Source: a virus
Lineage: Duplodnaviria > Caudoviricetes
Reading direction: 5' to 3' (one strand)
DNA length: 54,209 bases
IMG/VR virus record: IMGVR_UViG_3300037458_000931
Span: 1-54,209 of that record
Made by a program: the position numbers and the translations under genes. Within the stretch, counting starts at the first letter, position 1. Each line of letters starts with the position of its first letter. Below the pieces are notes generated by a model that had not been told where the DNA came from, made no database searches, and saw only the letters and a program-made list of their open reading frames with translations. Positions 38,450 to 46,752 of the stretch are shown in pieces.

Positions 38450-39529
38450 TTAATCGTTTTGTTTACTTGTCTCATTACGAATCCCTTTCCAACTCCGTTC
38501 GTCAAGGAAAATACTCCCTAAGAATCCTAAAGACTTTTCTAACTCAAGCGCCCACGCATGACTCATCTGCATGGTGTCATGAGTTATGTTCTTAACCCCG
38601 ATTTTCATTTCCTTAGCTAACCAGTAGGAATCATACTGCATACAATTCTGCCCGATCTTAGGCACATCAGATTCAAGTACAATCTTTACAAACCTCCATG
38701 CTTCAAATTCAGTCTTTGCATCCGGCCACCAGTTTACAAATTTCCCTGATTCTTTCCAAAAGAAAGGAACGTGCAGGGCATGAGTTGAGTCGGCGGCGAA
38801 AGATATTTCTGATATTTGACTATTACGTATTGTCTCAATATCAAAGGCAAGTAGCTCCGCCTGCGAACCGTACAGCTCCCACCACTTGTAAAGGTCTTCG
38901 ATTGAGGGTTGTGTCCATATCTCCCTAGACAGTGTTCTTACTTCAGGGTATTCGCTTTCACGAAGGGCTTTATGTAAATCCAGCACGGTCACGATTCGCT
39001 GGCTCCAGTTCCGAAGCACACTTGCCGGGTGAAAGGTAGGAAGCACCTTCCCGAAGGGTGTATCAACTACGTTTCCCCTTAATTTAGAAATACTTGGAGG
39101 CAGTCCCAAGGCCCATAATGCTGTATTACCTAACGTAACAATCACATTAGGCTTTAATTCCTTAAGCGTTTCGTGCAACTGAATAACGTGCGATTCGTAT
39201 TCCAGCTTAAGGTGGTGAATAGCGTTATCAATCCGCCGGGAAGGGAGTAAAGAAGACACCTCGCAAGTGTTAGGCTTTGCGTAAAAGAACTCCACGTTGT
39301 TTTCCGGCGGGCGAGCGTTGAACACGCTTAATAGCGGGTAGGGAAACTTGTTCCAGTAGCTCAACATTCTAACTGCGGAGCTAAAGTTGTAAGGTAGGAA
39401 CTGGCACGGATAGCCGGCGTGAAATAACATTCGAGCAAGCTCTTGGCCAGCGGCTCCGACGAATGGAGATTGAAGCCTGGCTTCTTGCTCACCCCAAGCT
39501 TCACCCACAAAGGCTATTTTAGTTGGCAT
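38450..39529 (-). CDS. Family-4-like uracil-DNA glycosylase fused to 3'-5' exonuclease motifs I and II
   Basis: VGEAWG..E...PFVGAAG, RPP, IVTLG..A and FHPA (UDG); FDIET (Exo I), GQN..YD (Exo II), HDTM. Confidence 0.85.
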   Translation of the reverse strand: MPTKIAFVGEAWGEQEARLQSPFVGAAGQELARMLFHAGYPCQFLPYNFSSAVRMLSYWNKFPYPLLSVFNARPPENNVEFFYAKPNTCEVSSLLPSRRIDNAIHHLKLEYESHVIQLHETLKELKPNVIVTLGNTALWALGLPPSISKLRGNVVDTPFGKVLPTFHPASVLRNWSQRIVTVLDLHKALRESEYPEVRTLSREIWTQPSIEDLYKWWELYGSQAELLAFDIETIRNSQISEISFAADSTHALHVPFFWKESGKFVNWWPDAKTEFEAWRFVKIVLESDVPKIGQNCMQYDSYWLAKEMKIGVKNITHDTMQMSHAWALELEKSLGFLGSIFLDERSWKGIRNETSKQND

Positions 39530-39784
39530 TTAATTCCAATATTCCTGTGAAGCATCCTCAAACCCTGTTTCATAGGCATGTTCTAAAGCTTCTTTAATCC
39601 AGGATAATTCTCTGAAAAATGTTTTGTCCTCTGGTTCAATGGCGTCAGACTTTAACATAACAGTTTCGCCGTAACACCTTACCCGGATATAAGATGCGTA
39701 TTGTTTGCCCACTTGTGGCATTGACTCTTGCTCAGCAGGAGATAAATCGTTAAAACCTTCGATTGTTACACTAAATTCATTCAT
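39530..39784 (-). CDS. Hypothetical acidic protein
   Basis: SDAIEPED..F.R.L.WI..AL..AY..G pattern; tight packing. Confidence 0.7.
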   Translation of the reverse strand: MNEFSVTIEGFNDLSPAEQESMPQVGKQYASYIRVRCYGETVMLKSDAIEPEDKTFFRELSWIKEALEHAYETGFEDASQEYWN

Positions 39785-40074
39785 GACTTAATTCTCCAAA
39801 TCGCAACCAGTCCCGCCCCGAATAGCCAAAGCGTTCCGGGGACTGGAATAGAATGTATCTCTCGCCCGCAGTCTTTTTCCGAACCGATGCAGGTGATATG
39901 AAAAAGCTTCGCCGGCGGAACTACGTGGGTGTCCACAGCACCGGCGGAACCCTTCTCACCGAGCTTGTACTTGGCGTATGTGCCGGCGCTCACATCCCAG
40001 TTATAAATAAACGTCCCGCTTACACCAAGGGTAAGACCGAGTGCAAAACCTTTTACAAACCTATACCGTTTCAT
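39781..40074 (-). CDS. PEP-CTERM/VPLPA-CTERM-type exported protein
   Basis: GGAGG RBS before ATG 40074; N-terminal signal/TM; C-terminus SIPVPGTLWLFGAGLVAIWRIKS (Pro motif, TM, basic tail). Confidence 0.7.
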   Translation of the reverse strand: MKRYRFVKGFALGLTLGVSGTFIYNWDVSAGTYAKYKLGEKGSAGAVDTHVVPPAKLFHITCIGSEKDCGREIHSIPVPGTLWLFGAGLVAIWRIKS

Positions 40075-40318
40075 TTTGCACCTCCGGCGTAACGTCTTCA
40101 AAAAACCACTTGTTTTGTTTTTCGCACCATCCGTAGCGGATAACTTTAAGTGTGTCTCCAGCCTCGTTATAGCAACGCATGTTGAACTGAAACAGCGGTT
40201 CGCGAGGCCAGCGGTATTCTACTTCAACCCCGGTTAAAATTTTTTCCAGTTGGAATTTTACTTTAATAGGGTCGGTGTCAGGTGCGTAAAGGATGTTGTC
40301 AATATTCATGGTTTTCAC
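40061..40318 (-). CDS. Hypothetical protein
   Basis: 85-aa ORF overlapping both neighbours. Confidence 0.55.
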   Translation of the reverse strand: MKTMNIDNILYAPDTDPIKVKFQLEKILTGVEVEYRWPREPLFQFNMRCYNEAGDTLKVIRYGWCEKQNKWFFEDVTPEVQNETV

Positions 40319-40647
40319 CTTGGATTGTAAACAGGCTTTTTAGTATTAAGCCATTCTTCATGGTCTTTATCAAGGTTGGGGTAAGGTATGTCGGTTGTTA
40401 CGACTGGTGGAGGGGGAGGAGGCAAGTTACTAATACTCCAACGGTGAGTGTGACTTCGCTGCTGTAAGTCTTTACTAAATACCAATCCTTTGCCACGAAG
40501 CCCGACAAGTAAACGCTTAACAGTAAGCACAGAAATTCCAGTTATTTCAGCAATTTCTGCTGACAGCAGTCCCGCCGGGTTTGCATTTAATGCGTCTATT
40601 ATAGCTTGCCTGTTATCAGCCCTTTGCTGTAATTGGATTTTGTTCAT
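40315..40647 (-). CDS. Winged-helix DNA-binding protein
   Basis: IIDAL...GLLSAEIAEITGISVLTVKRLLVGLRGKGLV HTH pattern with Pro-rich tail. Confidence 0.7.
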   Translation of the reverse strand: MNKIQLQQRADNRQAIIDALNANPAGLLSAEIAEITGISVLTVKRLLVGLRGKGLVFSKDLQQRSHTHRWSISNLPPPPPPVVTTDIPYPNLDKDHEEWLNTKKPVYNPR

Positions 40648-40650
40648 ACC

Positions 40651-42162
40651 TTAAAGTGCCACAATGGTATCCATAGAGTTAATGTAATTACAGGCATTTT
40701 CGTAAATACCTGCATCTTTTTCTAGTCCCACGACACGATTAGCCTTTAACCGATGGGCAGTTATTAAACTTGTACCTGAGCCACAAGTTGGATCAAGGAC
40801 GGAAGAGGAACTATCAACAAACATTTCGAAGAAATGATTAAGGATGTGGATGGGCTTTTGACTCCGATGGATGCGAGAGTTTGCTTCACGAGAGCCGTCT
40901 ATGGAAAGTGCGCGAGGAGCTACAATCTTACGATCACCGAAGGAAACAAGCATTGCGGTTTCGTAAGTACGCCGGCCATAGCGCTGAGGGTCAGGGACTA
41001 TTCCATCGCCGCAATGCCAGATCATTAAAAAAGGTTGAACGGTTCCACCTATCGCTTTAAAAAAGTCCTCAGTTTCCCGGCGGAAATTCTGAGAAAACCA
41101 AAACATTATGTGCGCTTGCGGGGCGATGATGTGGTTATTGTCTCTAAGGCAATTTAACAGCTTCCAATACGCATCACTTGAATCGTCGTAGTCACCGAGG
41201 ATGGTGTTGCTTACACCGGAGGTAAACTCGCCGGTGTTGAAGGAAATGCCGTAAGGGAAGTCGCAGTGGATAAAGTTAAACGGCTCGCCGGTGTAGAGGG
41301 GCGCCCAGGTTGTAAAGTCTTGGTTAAGAATAAGCTTGTCGGATAGTGAAAGTTCTTCTTCAGGCTCTTCGTACTCTTCGTAATCTATTACTTCGCCAGG
41401 TTTGGTGTAATACTTTGCACCAAGTGGCTTTGCAGCCATGGGTCCAGGCTTGTTGACAAGGGGTTTATCCGCCTTAGGCCGTGGCACCATTGAAGTAAGA
41501 GTCACGTCCTGGCCACGGCGGGAAGTGTATCGCTCGAGGGTTTGCGCGGCGGACTTTAAAGTTGGGGCCTCTTTAATAATTGTCTTTACGTCAGCCTCAG
41601 CGTCTTCGTCTGCGAACAAGCGCCAAACTCGTAAAGACTCGGTAACGGTTGCCTTGTGAATACCGATGAGGTTAGCAGTTTGCACAGCGGTCCAGTCTTT
41701 ATACTCGGATAAGCCCTTACAATAAATGTCGTAAATGGCTTTGGCTCGGTCTTGCCAGGGTAAGTCTTGACGCTGAGCATTTTCTATAAATTCAAACATT
41801 GCCAGGTCGGTGGAGGTGAAGTCAGAACCGAGCTGCGCCGGGATTTTATTCCAGCCTTGCCAAGAGTCTACTTGACAAGTGCAAATAGGGAATAGGGCGT
41901 CTCGTGCCTCCAGGGTATTGCTGAAGCCTGAGTAGTTACCATCGGTGGCTGCCCGTAAGGCTTTAACAGCAGTTAGCCGACGTTCGCCGGCGACTAAGTA
42001 ATTTGTGTCCTTGTCGATAAGGACGGGGGAAATCCACTGAGACCGTCCGATGGAAACGGCTAAGGATAAAACGGAATCGAATGTGAGTTCTGACCGTTGG
42101 CGAGTACTACGGTCTATAATAATGTCATCGACAAGGACTTGGACTAGGGTGTTTTTGAACAC
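40651..42162 (-). CDS. ParB-family domain (CTPase boxes plus HTH) fused to a beta-class amino-methyltransferase
   Basis: LVAGERRL and IENAQRQDL; HTH WTAVQTANLIGIHKATVTESLR; MTase CDFPYG, H.SQKP and VLDPTCGSGTS in beta order. Confidence 0.85.
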   Translation of the reverse strand: MFKNTLVQVLVDDIIIDRSTRQRSELTFDSVLSLAVSIGRSQWISPVLIDKDTNYLVAGERRLTAVKALRAATDGNYSGFSNTLEARDALFPICTCQVDSWQGWNKIPAQLGSDFTSTDLAMFEFIENAQRQDLPWQDRAKAIYDIYCKGLSEYKDWTAVQTANLIGIHKATVTESLRVWRLFADEDAEADVKTIIKEAPTLKSAAQTLERYTSRRGQDVTLTSMVPRPKADKPLVNKPGPMAAKPLGAKYYTKPGEVIDYEEYEEPEEELSLSDKLILNQDFTTWAPLYTGEPFNFIHCDFPYGISFNTGEFTSGVSNTILGDYDDSSDAYWKLLNCLRDNNHIIAPQAHIMFWFSQNFRRETEDFFKAIGGTVQPFLMIWHCGDGIVPDPQRYGRRTYETAMLVSFGDRKIVAPRALSIDGSREANSRIHRSQKPIHILNHFFEMFVDSSSSVLDPTCGSGTSLITAHRLKANRVVGLEKDAGIYENACNYINSMDTIVAL

Positions 42163-42186
42163 TTTTATGTACCTTTAAGAGAGTAA

Positions 42187-42213
42187 GGCCGGAGGAGTTA
42201 AAAACCTCCGGCC
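42187..42213 (-). terminator. Stem-loop after the SSB-like gene
   Basis: GGCCGGAGG-N9-CCTCCGGCC; weak U-tract on the - strand. Confidence 0.5.
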
Positions 42214-42221
42214 CGTAAGGG

Positions 42222-42815
42222 TTAAGCCTGGGTTACGGACTGAATCGTAAGGTTTGCCGGGCGAGTCGGGTCGTTCGGGTTAGCTTCATACCCAAACGTG
42301 GCGATAAACTTCTTACCCACGGTGTCTTCCAAAATAGTCCCAAGTTCTTCACCTTCAGGGTAGTTAAGACCAAGCACGTCAACAACAAAGCCCTGCTGGT
42401 CGCCGTTGTCAGAGCGCAAGTAAAACCGCCAGGCGTGCTTGTCAAGAATCCCGATTACGTCTCCACGCTCGTCAGTCTCGATGATAGGGAAGTTGACTGC
42501 AGAAACGCCGGCCATTTTCTGCTGCGTGTCACGAGAGGTGTAGGCGAACTGGAACTCGCGGGCGGTCCAGTCACCAAACTCGTTGAGCTTGGCAAGCTGC
42601 TCTGACTGTAAATCCGGGTTGGAATCGTCGTCAGCTTCGATACAGGAAACGGGGCGAATTGTAGGGACGTAAGCCAATCCATGAACGCCGGACTTTTTCC
42701 AAAAGAACGGAATCATGTCATAAGACGTGATAACGACTACGTAGTTGCCTTCAGGGAAGCGGGAGGGGGCTTTGAAAGAAGAAGCGTTTGTTTTCAAAAG
42801 ATCAGCGATTTTCAT
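42222..42815 (-). CDS. Putative ssDNA-binding (OB-fold-like) protein
   Basis: P...PEGNY.V.I N-terminus and VGKKF C-terminal strand typical of SSBs next to Sak4-like ATPases; call rests partly on context. Confidence 0.5.
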   Translation of the reverse strand: MKIADLLKTNASSFKAPSRFPEGNYVVVITSYDMIPFFWKKSGVHGLAYVPTIRPVSCIEADDDSNPDLQSEQLAKLNEFGDWTAREFQFAYTSRDTQQKMAGVSAVNFPIIETDERGDVIGILDKHAWRFYLRSDNGDQQGFVVDVLGLNYPEGEELGTILEDTVGKKFIATFGYEANPNDPTRPANLTIQSVTQA

Positions 42816-42844
42816 GGTTATAACCTGTTTGTTGGATATGGAAA

Positions 42845-42875
42845 CGTATTTATGAAACTGACTGGTTGTTTTGTA
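42845..42875. promoter_or_regulatory. Palindromic motif, copy 3
   Basis: CGTATT-TATGAAACTG-N5-TTGTTTTGTA upstream of the SSB-like gene. Confidence 0.5.
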
Positions 42876-42882
42876 TTGTCGT

Positions 42883-43764
42883 TTATCCTCTCAATTTAAA
42901 GTACTCAACAAGTGCCTTATCCAACGGGTAGCGTGACTCACACATTCCGTAGAAAGGTGTTTTGGTAATAATCCCTACGCGGGGTGTAGTGTAAACGTAC
43001 CGCCGGGATACTGCGCCCTTACCCTCGGAAGACGCCACGAGGAGATGATTCATGCGGGAGGGAAGTTTAACCCGCCCGGCTTTGCCGACGGAGATAGGAC
43101 ACATCTGCACGTCTACCAGTTCATCCACCACTTCCCCTTTGTCGTTGACTTGGGTAGTGGGTTTGTTAATCTCAATCGGATCAGCATGACCGGTTACGAT
43201 AACATGGCAGGGGAAGTCTGCACAAGCAAACATTAAAGACTCAGCAAGGTGCTGCGGGTCTTGGTAGTCTCTCCACTCAAGAGACTGATTTAACTTGCCG
43301 TTTAATTCCTGGGTGAAATTGATAATGGCCCGCACAGCGTGCGTGAAAGAATCAACAACTAAAATGGTCTTTTCGTTAAGGGTTGGAGACCATTTTTCCA
43401 ACTGCTTAATCGCTGTACTCCAGGCAGTTGCGGTGTTGATGCCGAGCTTTTTAACTGTGCGTTTGCCTTCGCGGGCGGACACCACGCTTTGCTCTTCGCT
43501 GCAGGGGCAAATGTCGTAATTCTCAACAAGAGCTTTATCGTGCTGCTCTTGAGTTATTAACCCTTCTTTAACAAACCGGGCGAGGGTGCTACGCACGACC
43601 TCTTCAAACTTGCTGTCGAAATCCAACACCCGCAGCTCGTATCCAGGGTTGTCTAAATACCCTGGGATACCTAAGGGGACGATTGAAGTGCTTTTGCCTT
43701 CGCCGGACTGCCCCATGAAGAGCATTTTTATTAACGGGGCTTTGGCAGTAGGAGATAGTTTCAT
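42883..43764 (-). CDS. AAA_24/Sak4-like ATPase (recombinase)
   Basis: GQSGEGKS Walker A, LDFD, LVVDSFT Walker B, HVIVTGH. Confidence 0.75.
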   Translation of the reverse strand: MKLSPTAKAPLIKMLFMGQSGEGKSTSIVPLGIPGYLDNPGYELRVLDFDSKFEEVVRSTLARFVKEGLITQEQHDKALVENYDICPCSEEQSVVSAREGKRTVKKLGINTATAWSTAIKQLEKWSPTLNEKTILVVDSFTHAVRAIINFTQELNGKLNQSLEWRDYQDPQHLAESLMFACADFPCHVIVTGHADPIEINKPTTQVNDKGEVVDELVDVQMCPISVGKAGRVKLPSRMNHLLVASSEGKGAVSRRYVYTTPRVGIITKTPFYGMCESRYPLDKALVEYFKLRG

Positions 43765-43931
43765 TTTTGGTTCTTTCTTTGGTAGGCTTCTTCCAGAAAG
43801 TATCTAACACCCTCAGTGTATGATACTTTGTCTACACCTATGGTGGCAAAATGCTCTTTAACAAACTCCCAAATCCTGTCAGGGAGTATGATAGAGCGCT
43901 GAGTTTTCTTTTCGCGCAGTGGGACTAACAT
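43761..43931 (-). CDS. Ribbon-helix-helix-like regulator (56 aa), absent from the ORF track
   Basis: MLVPLREKKTQRSIILPDRIWEFV...SYTEGVRYFLEE; ATGA overlap with the Sak4-like gene; promoter directly upstream. Confidence 0.6.
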   Translation of the reverse strand: MLVPLREKKTQRSIILPDRIWEFVKEHFATIGVDKVSYTEGVRYFLEEAYQRKNQK

Positions 43932-43982
43932 GGTATGAGGCTCCGGGCTGTGGGGGGAATAATGGTTTAATTTGACGGGGAT

Positions 43983-44036
43983 ATGATAACCCGGATTTAA
44001 TGGGATTGCAACAATTTTTTATGGATTGTTGCAATC
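43983..44036 (-). promoter_or_regulatory. Sigma70-type promoter with overlapping 12-bp inverted-repeat operator
   Basis: TTGCAA-17 nt-TATCAT on the - strand; GATTGCAACAAT-N9-ATTGTTGCAATC at 44004-44036 covers the -35. Confidence 0.7.
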
Positions 44037-44052
44037 AGCAATACGTTATTCT

Positions 44053-44265
44053 TTACAATTTATCCCGTTGCCTATGCACCGTTATCTCATCTATACCTAA
44101 GCACGTAATAGTAAAGCCGGCGGCATGTGTACCGTAGGTGTAATTAAGATAGCCTTCGTTGAACAGCTCTTCAAATAAGGGATATTCGTCTGCTTCGGGG
44201 GCGACAGGATTACGGGTTCCAATTAGGCGAGCTAGAATCATTCGGTGTTTAGGGGTTATAGTCAT
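44053..44265 (-). CDS. Small hypothetical protein
   Basis: 70 aa with L...GY...F.IT..G pattern (winged-helix-like). Confidence 0.6.
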   Translation of the reverse strand: MTITPKHRMILARLIGTRNPVAPEADEYPLFEELFNEGYLNYTYGTHAAGFTITCLGIDEITVHRQRDKL

Positions 44266-44274
44266 AAATACGCC

Positions 44275-45114
44275 TTATAAAAGTTTCGGCTTAACAGCAG
44301 TTATCGGTGGAGAGATAGTTCCAATCATCTCGAAGTCTTCTGCGAAAAAAGCATCTTTATCACTCCCGTTGTAAATCAGCCGGGGCGGGGCGGGATAAGA
44401 AATTTCAGGCATACAGCCAAAATTCAGTATCTGCCTTATCGCCTCTGTGTGGGAAGGTTCTATGTAAGTATGTGCATCTCCAAAAGTCCATAACATTTTC
44501 TCAGGGACACCCTCTGCTTGGGTACAAACCCATAGTAAAAAGGCCCACGACTGAATCCAGTTGTGTGGAACACCTAAAAGCATGTCCGCACTCCGCTGGT
44601 AAGAGTGCATAGAAATCCCACCGTCTTTGGACACGAAAAATTGCACTACAGTCGAATGACAGCACGCCGGCGTTCGAGGGTTGTTGTTTACCTCTTTGAT
44701 GAACGCCATTTTTACTGGGTTCCAGGCAGTAATTACGTGCTCACGGCTGAAGGGGTTATTGCGGAGGTTGTGTATTAAGTGCTTTATCTGGTCGAAGTTA
44801 AATGACCGGAATTGTTCACCATATCCGTTTAAGTAAAGTCCGTTGGGATTTAGCTGCCCGTCCCACCAGTCTAAAAGGTCGGAAGGGCAACGAGGTTTGC
44901 CACTTAAAAACCACTCCATCTCACGAATAGCTTTCTTCCATGCGGTGTGTCTTACAGTTACGAGGGGTGTTGCGTCGAAGGTTACTGTTGGGAGGGTGAA
45001 CAGCCGGCGGGAGGGGCCGTTTCGGGATTGAACCTCCTCGCCGGATTGGGAAATTCGCTCGAGGAGGGAGGTGTAGATTGTATCAGTTTTATTCACTTTG
45101 CTCAATCTCCTCAA
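44275..45114 (-). CDS. thyA: Thymidylate synthase (ThyA family), divergent; start uncertain
   Basis: REMEWFL, YGEQFR, TAWNP, CCH catalytic Cys, QF, YQRSADMLLGVPHN, GDAHTY. Confidence 0.85.
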   Translation of the reverse strand: MRRLSKVNKTDTIYTSLLERISQSGEEVQSRNGPSRRLFTLPTVTFDATPLVTVRHTAWKKAIREMEWFLSGKPRCPSDLLDWWDGQLNPNGLYLNGYGEQFRSFNFDQIKHLIHNLRNNPFSREHVITAWNPVKMAFIKEVNNNPRTPACCHSTVVQFFVSKDGGISMHSYQRSADMLLGVPHNWIQSWAFLLWVCTQAEGVPEKMLWTFGDAHTYIEPSHTEAIRQILNFGCMPEISYPAPPRLIYNGSDKDAFFAEDFEMIGTISPPITAVKPKLL

Positions 45115-45280
45115 TGGTGTTTTTGATTAACTCAATTAAGTATTTTGCTTCGGCTTTAGTGAATTGCATTTGGCTATAGCCAACTAACTCTACGTTTTCG
45201 CCGGCTTTACGGACTAAACAATCAGTAAAGGCGTTATTGCCAGAAGTGCAGGTTACAAATACGTTCGGGTTCTTAATCAT
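45089..45280 (-). CDS. Hypothetical protein
   Basis: 63-aa ORF in the operon. Confidence 0.55.
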   Translation of the reverse strand: MIKNPNVFVTCTSGNNAFTDCLVRKAGENVELVGYSQMQFTKAEAKYLIELIKNTIEEIEQSE

Positions 45281-45285
45281 AACAT

Positions 45286-45474
45286 TTATCTCTTGAGTAG
45301 GAAGCAGGTTCGTGGGCGAGGCTTTGCAGAGTCTGCTTCGATAATAGAAAGACCTTTGTAAGATTTGATAGCCGGTAGTATTACTTTACAAACCCGCTGG
45401 AAGTATAAAGGAACACCGTGGTCTGAAAACACCAGCCGGCTATCCAAATGCTCACAATGGTCACAGATTTTCAT
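45286..45474 (-). CDS. Small Cys-containing protein
   Basis: CxxC...C...C pattern. Confidence 0.6.
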   Translation of the reverse strand: MKICDHCEHLDSRLVFSDHGVPLYFQRVCKVILPAIKSYKGLSIIEADSAKPRPRTCFLLKR

Positions 45475-45475
45475 T

Positions 45476-45745
45476 TTAAATCACCGCCATATCAACAGCA
45501 CGATCAAAGTCCTCTTCGCTACCACGGTGGTCTAAGCATCTAGACACTACGAAATCTTCTAACCCTCCTGGTCCAGTATCAAATCCTGGATTAGCAATTT
45601 TACGTAGTTTTAGATAACGATTTGCATCAGATCGTAGTTTATCCATCTCAATTAACCGCTTTTCATCCTCAATAATTACTTTCAGTACACAATCAGATAA
45701 ATCAATAGCCTTTTGTAATACATCCATCTGTTCTCTATGGTTCAT
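45476..45745 (-). CDS. Hypothetical protein
   Basis: AGGAG RBS; DANRY..LR...DRAVD pattern common in small phage proteins. Confidence 0.65.
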   Translation of the reverse strand: MNHREQMDVLQKAIDLSDCVLKVIIEDEKRLIEMDKLRSDANRYLKLRKIANPGFDTGPGGLEDFVVSRCLDHRGSEEDFDRAVDMAVI

Positions 45746-45749
45746 TGAT

Positions 45750-46748
45750 TTAACTCCTACGACTTAACGGGTTCCAAGTACGCTTTTTAAAGCTCCCTTC
45801 CAAGAACATTTCCCGGCGGGCCGGCGGCTTGGCGCAGATCTCTCTAAAGTGGCAACCTGAGTAATTATTACAGGCTGTTTCGTTGGGCAAGAATACTCCT
45901 GTCCTGCAAGCGTCCATTGCCTGTTCAATCCAGATTTGTAAGTCTTGGATGTACTCGTTTATTTCCTCTAGGGAAAACGGTACGACTTGCCGGGCGAAGC
46001 GGGAGAAATTAACACCGAGCTGAATCCCGTCAATAATAACTCCATGCGCCGGAGGTAACTCGCTTGTTTGGTGAGCAATTAAATGGCAAGCAGTGGTGTA
46101 TAAAGCCATTTGAGTAGAAGGCTTGAATTGCTCAAAGAACCTGCTGTCGAGGGTGTACTTGGTGGTTTTGTAGTCGCAAACGTAAGTTTGTCCCTGCCAA
46201 GCAACTAACCGGTCTATGTGTCCACAGATGTAAACTTTTTTGGAATCGTAAAGCATGAAGGGGAGTTTGAAGTGATACTCAACAGCCGCTTTCCCGTCGG
46301 AGCGCTTTATAGTAGTGGCTTTATCTTCCCAGAATTGGTCCAAGTACCAAATGATAGACCGGACTAAAGTTTCCTTGGTACGAGCATTGTCACCCGGCGG
46401 AAGAGTCTCACCGAGAAGCCCGGCTAAGCGTGTGACGCGCATTAAGGATGTGTGTTTGTCTATACCTGACTCAACGAGCTGGTGCCAGGTTTGGAGAAGG
46501 GTGTGGAGGTGGATACCGAAGGCTAACGCAGGCGGAACGATCTTGGGGACATAGCCCTTTACTATTGTATAGAAATACTTTCGGGGGCAGGTTTTGAATA
46601 ACCCAATGGAGGTTGAATCCCAATAAAACTGGATGCCTTTTGAGAAAGAAGTGTTTTCGGATTGCTCTTCCTCAATAATGCCGATTGGAATGGAGTTGGG
46701 CGAAGGGTGGCCTAAAAACTCGTCGGTGAAGGGACTGTAATATAACAT
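45750..46748 (-). CDS. PD-(D/E)XK Cas4/RecB-like exonuclease
   Basis: CPRKY, GIHLH, GHIDRL, DYKT, QMALY and C-terminal C....GC....C; GAGGA RBS before ATG 46748. Confidence 0.85.
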   Translation of the reverse strand: MLYYSPFTDEFLGHPSPNSIPIGIIEEEQSENTSFSKGIQFYWDSTSIGLFKTCPRKYFYTIVKGYVPKIVPPALAFGIHLHTLLQTWHQLVESGIDKHTSLMRVTRLAGLLGETLPPGDNARTKETLVRSIIWYLDQFWEDKATTIKRSDGKAAVEYHFKLPFMLYDSKKVYICGHIDRLVAWQGQTYVCDYKTTKYTLDSRFFEQFKPSTQMALYTTACHLIAHQTSELPPAHGVIIDGIQLGVNFSRFARQVVPFSLEEINEYIQDLQIWIEQAMDACRTGVFLPNETACNNYSGCHFREICAKPPARREMFLEGSFKKRTWNPLSRRS

Positions 46749-46752
46749 AGTC

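Noticed and set aside
34271-45114. Thymidine hypermodification (5-hmU-type) cluster
   Set aside because: The synthase keeps ThyA-type RSAD/GVP.N motifs, and no hmU kinase, amino-acid transferase or glycosyltransferase was recognised.
45750-46748. Cas4-like nuclease as evidence of a CRISPR-Cas system
   Set aside because: No repeat-spacer array or other cas genes were seen; stand-alone Cas4-like exonucleases near Sak4/SSB are routine phage recombination genes.
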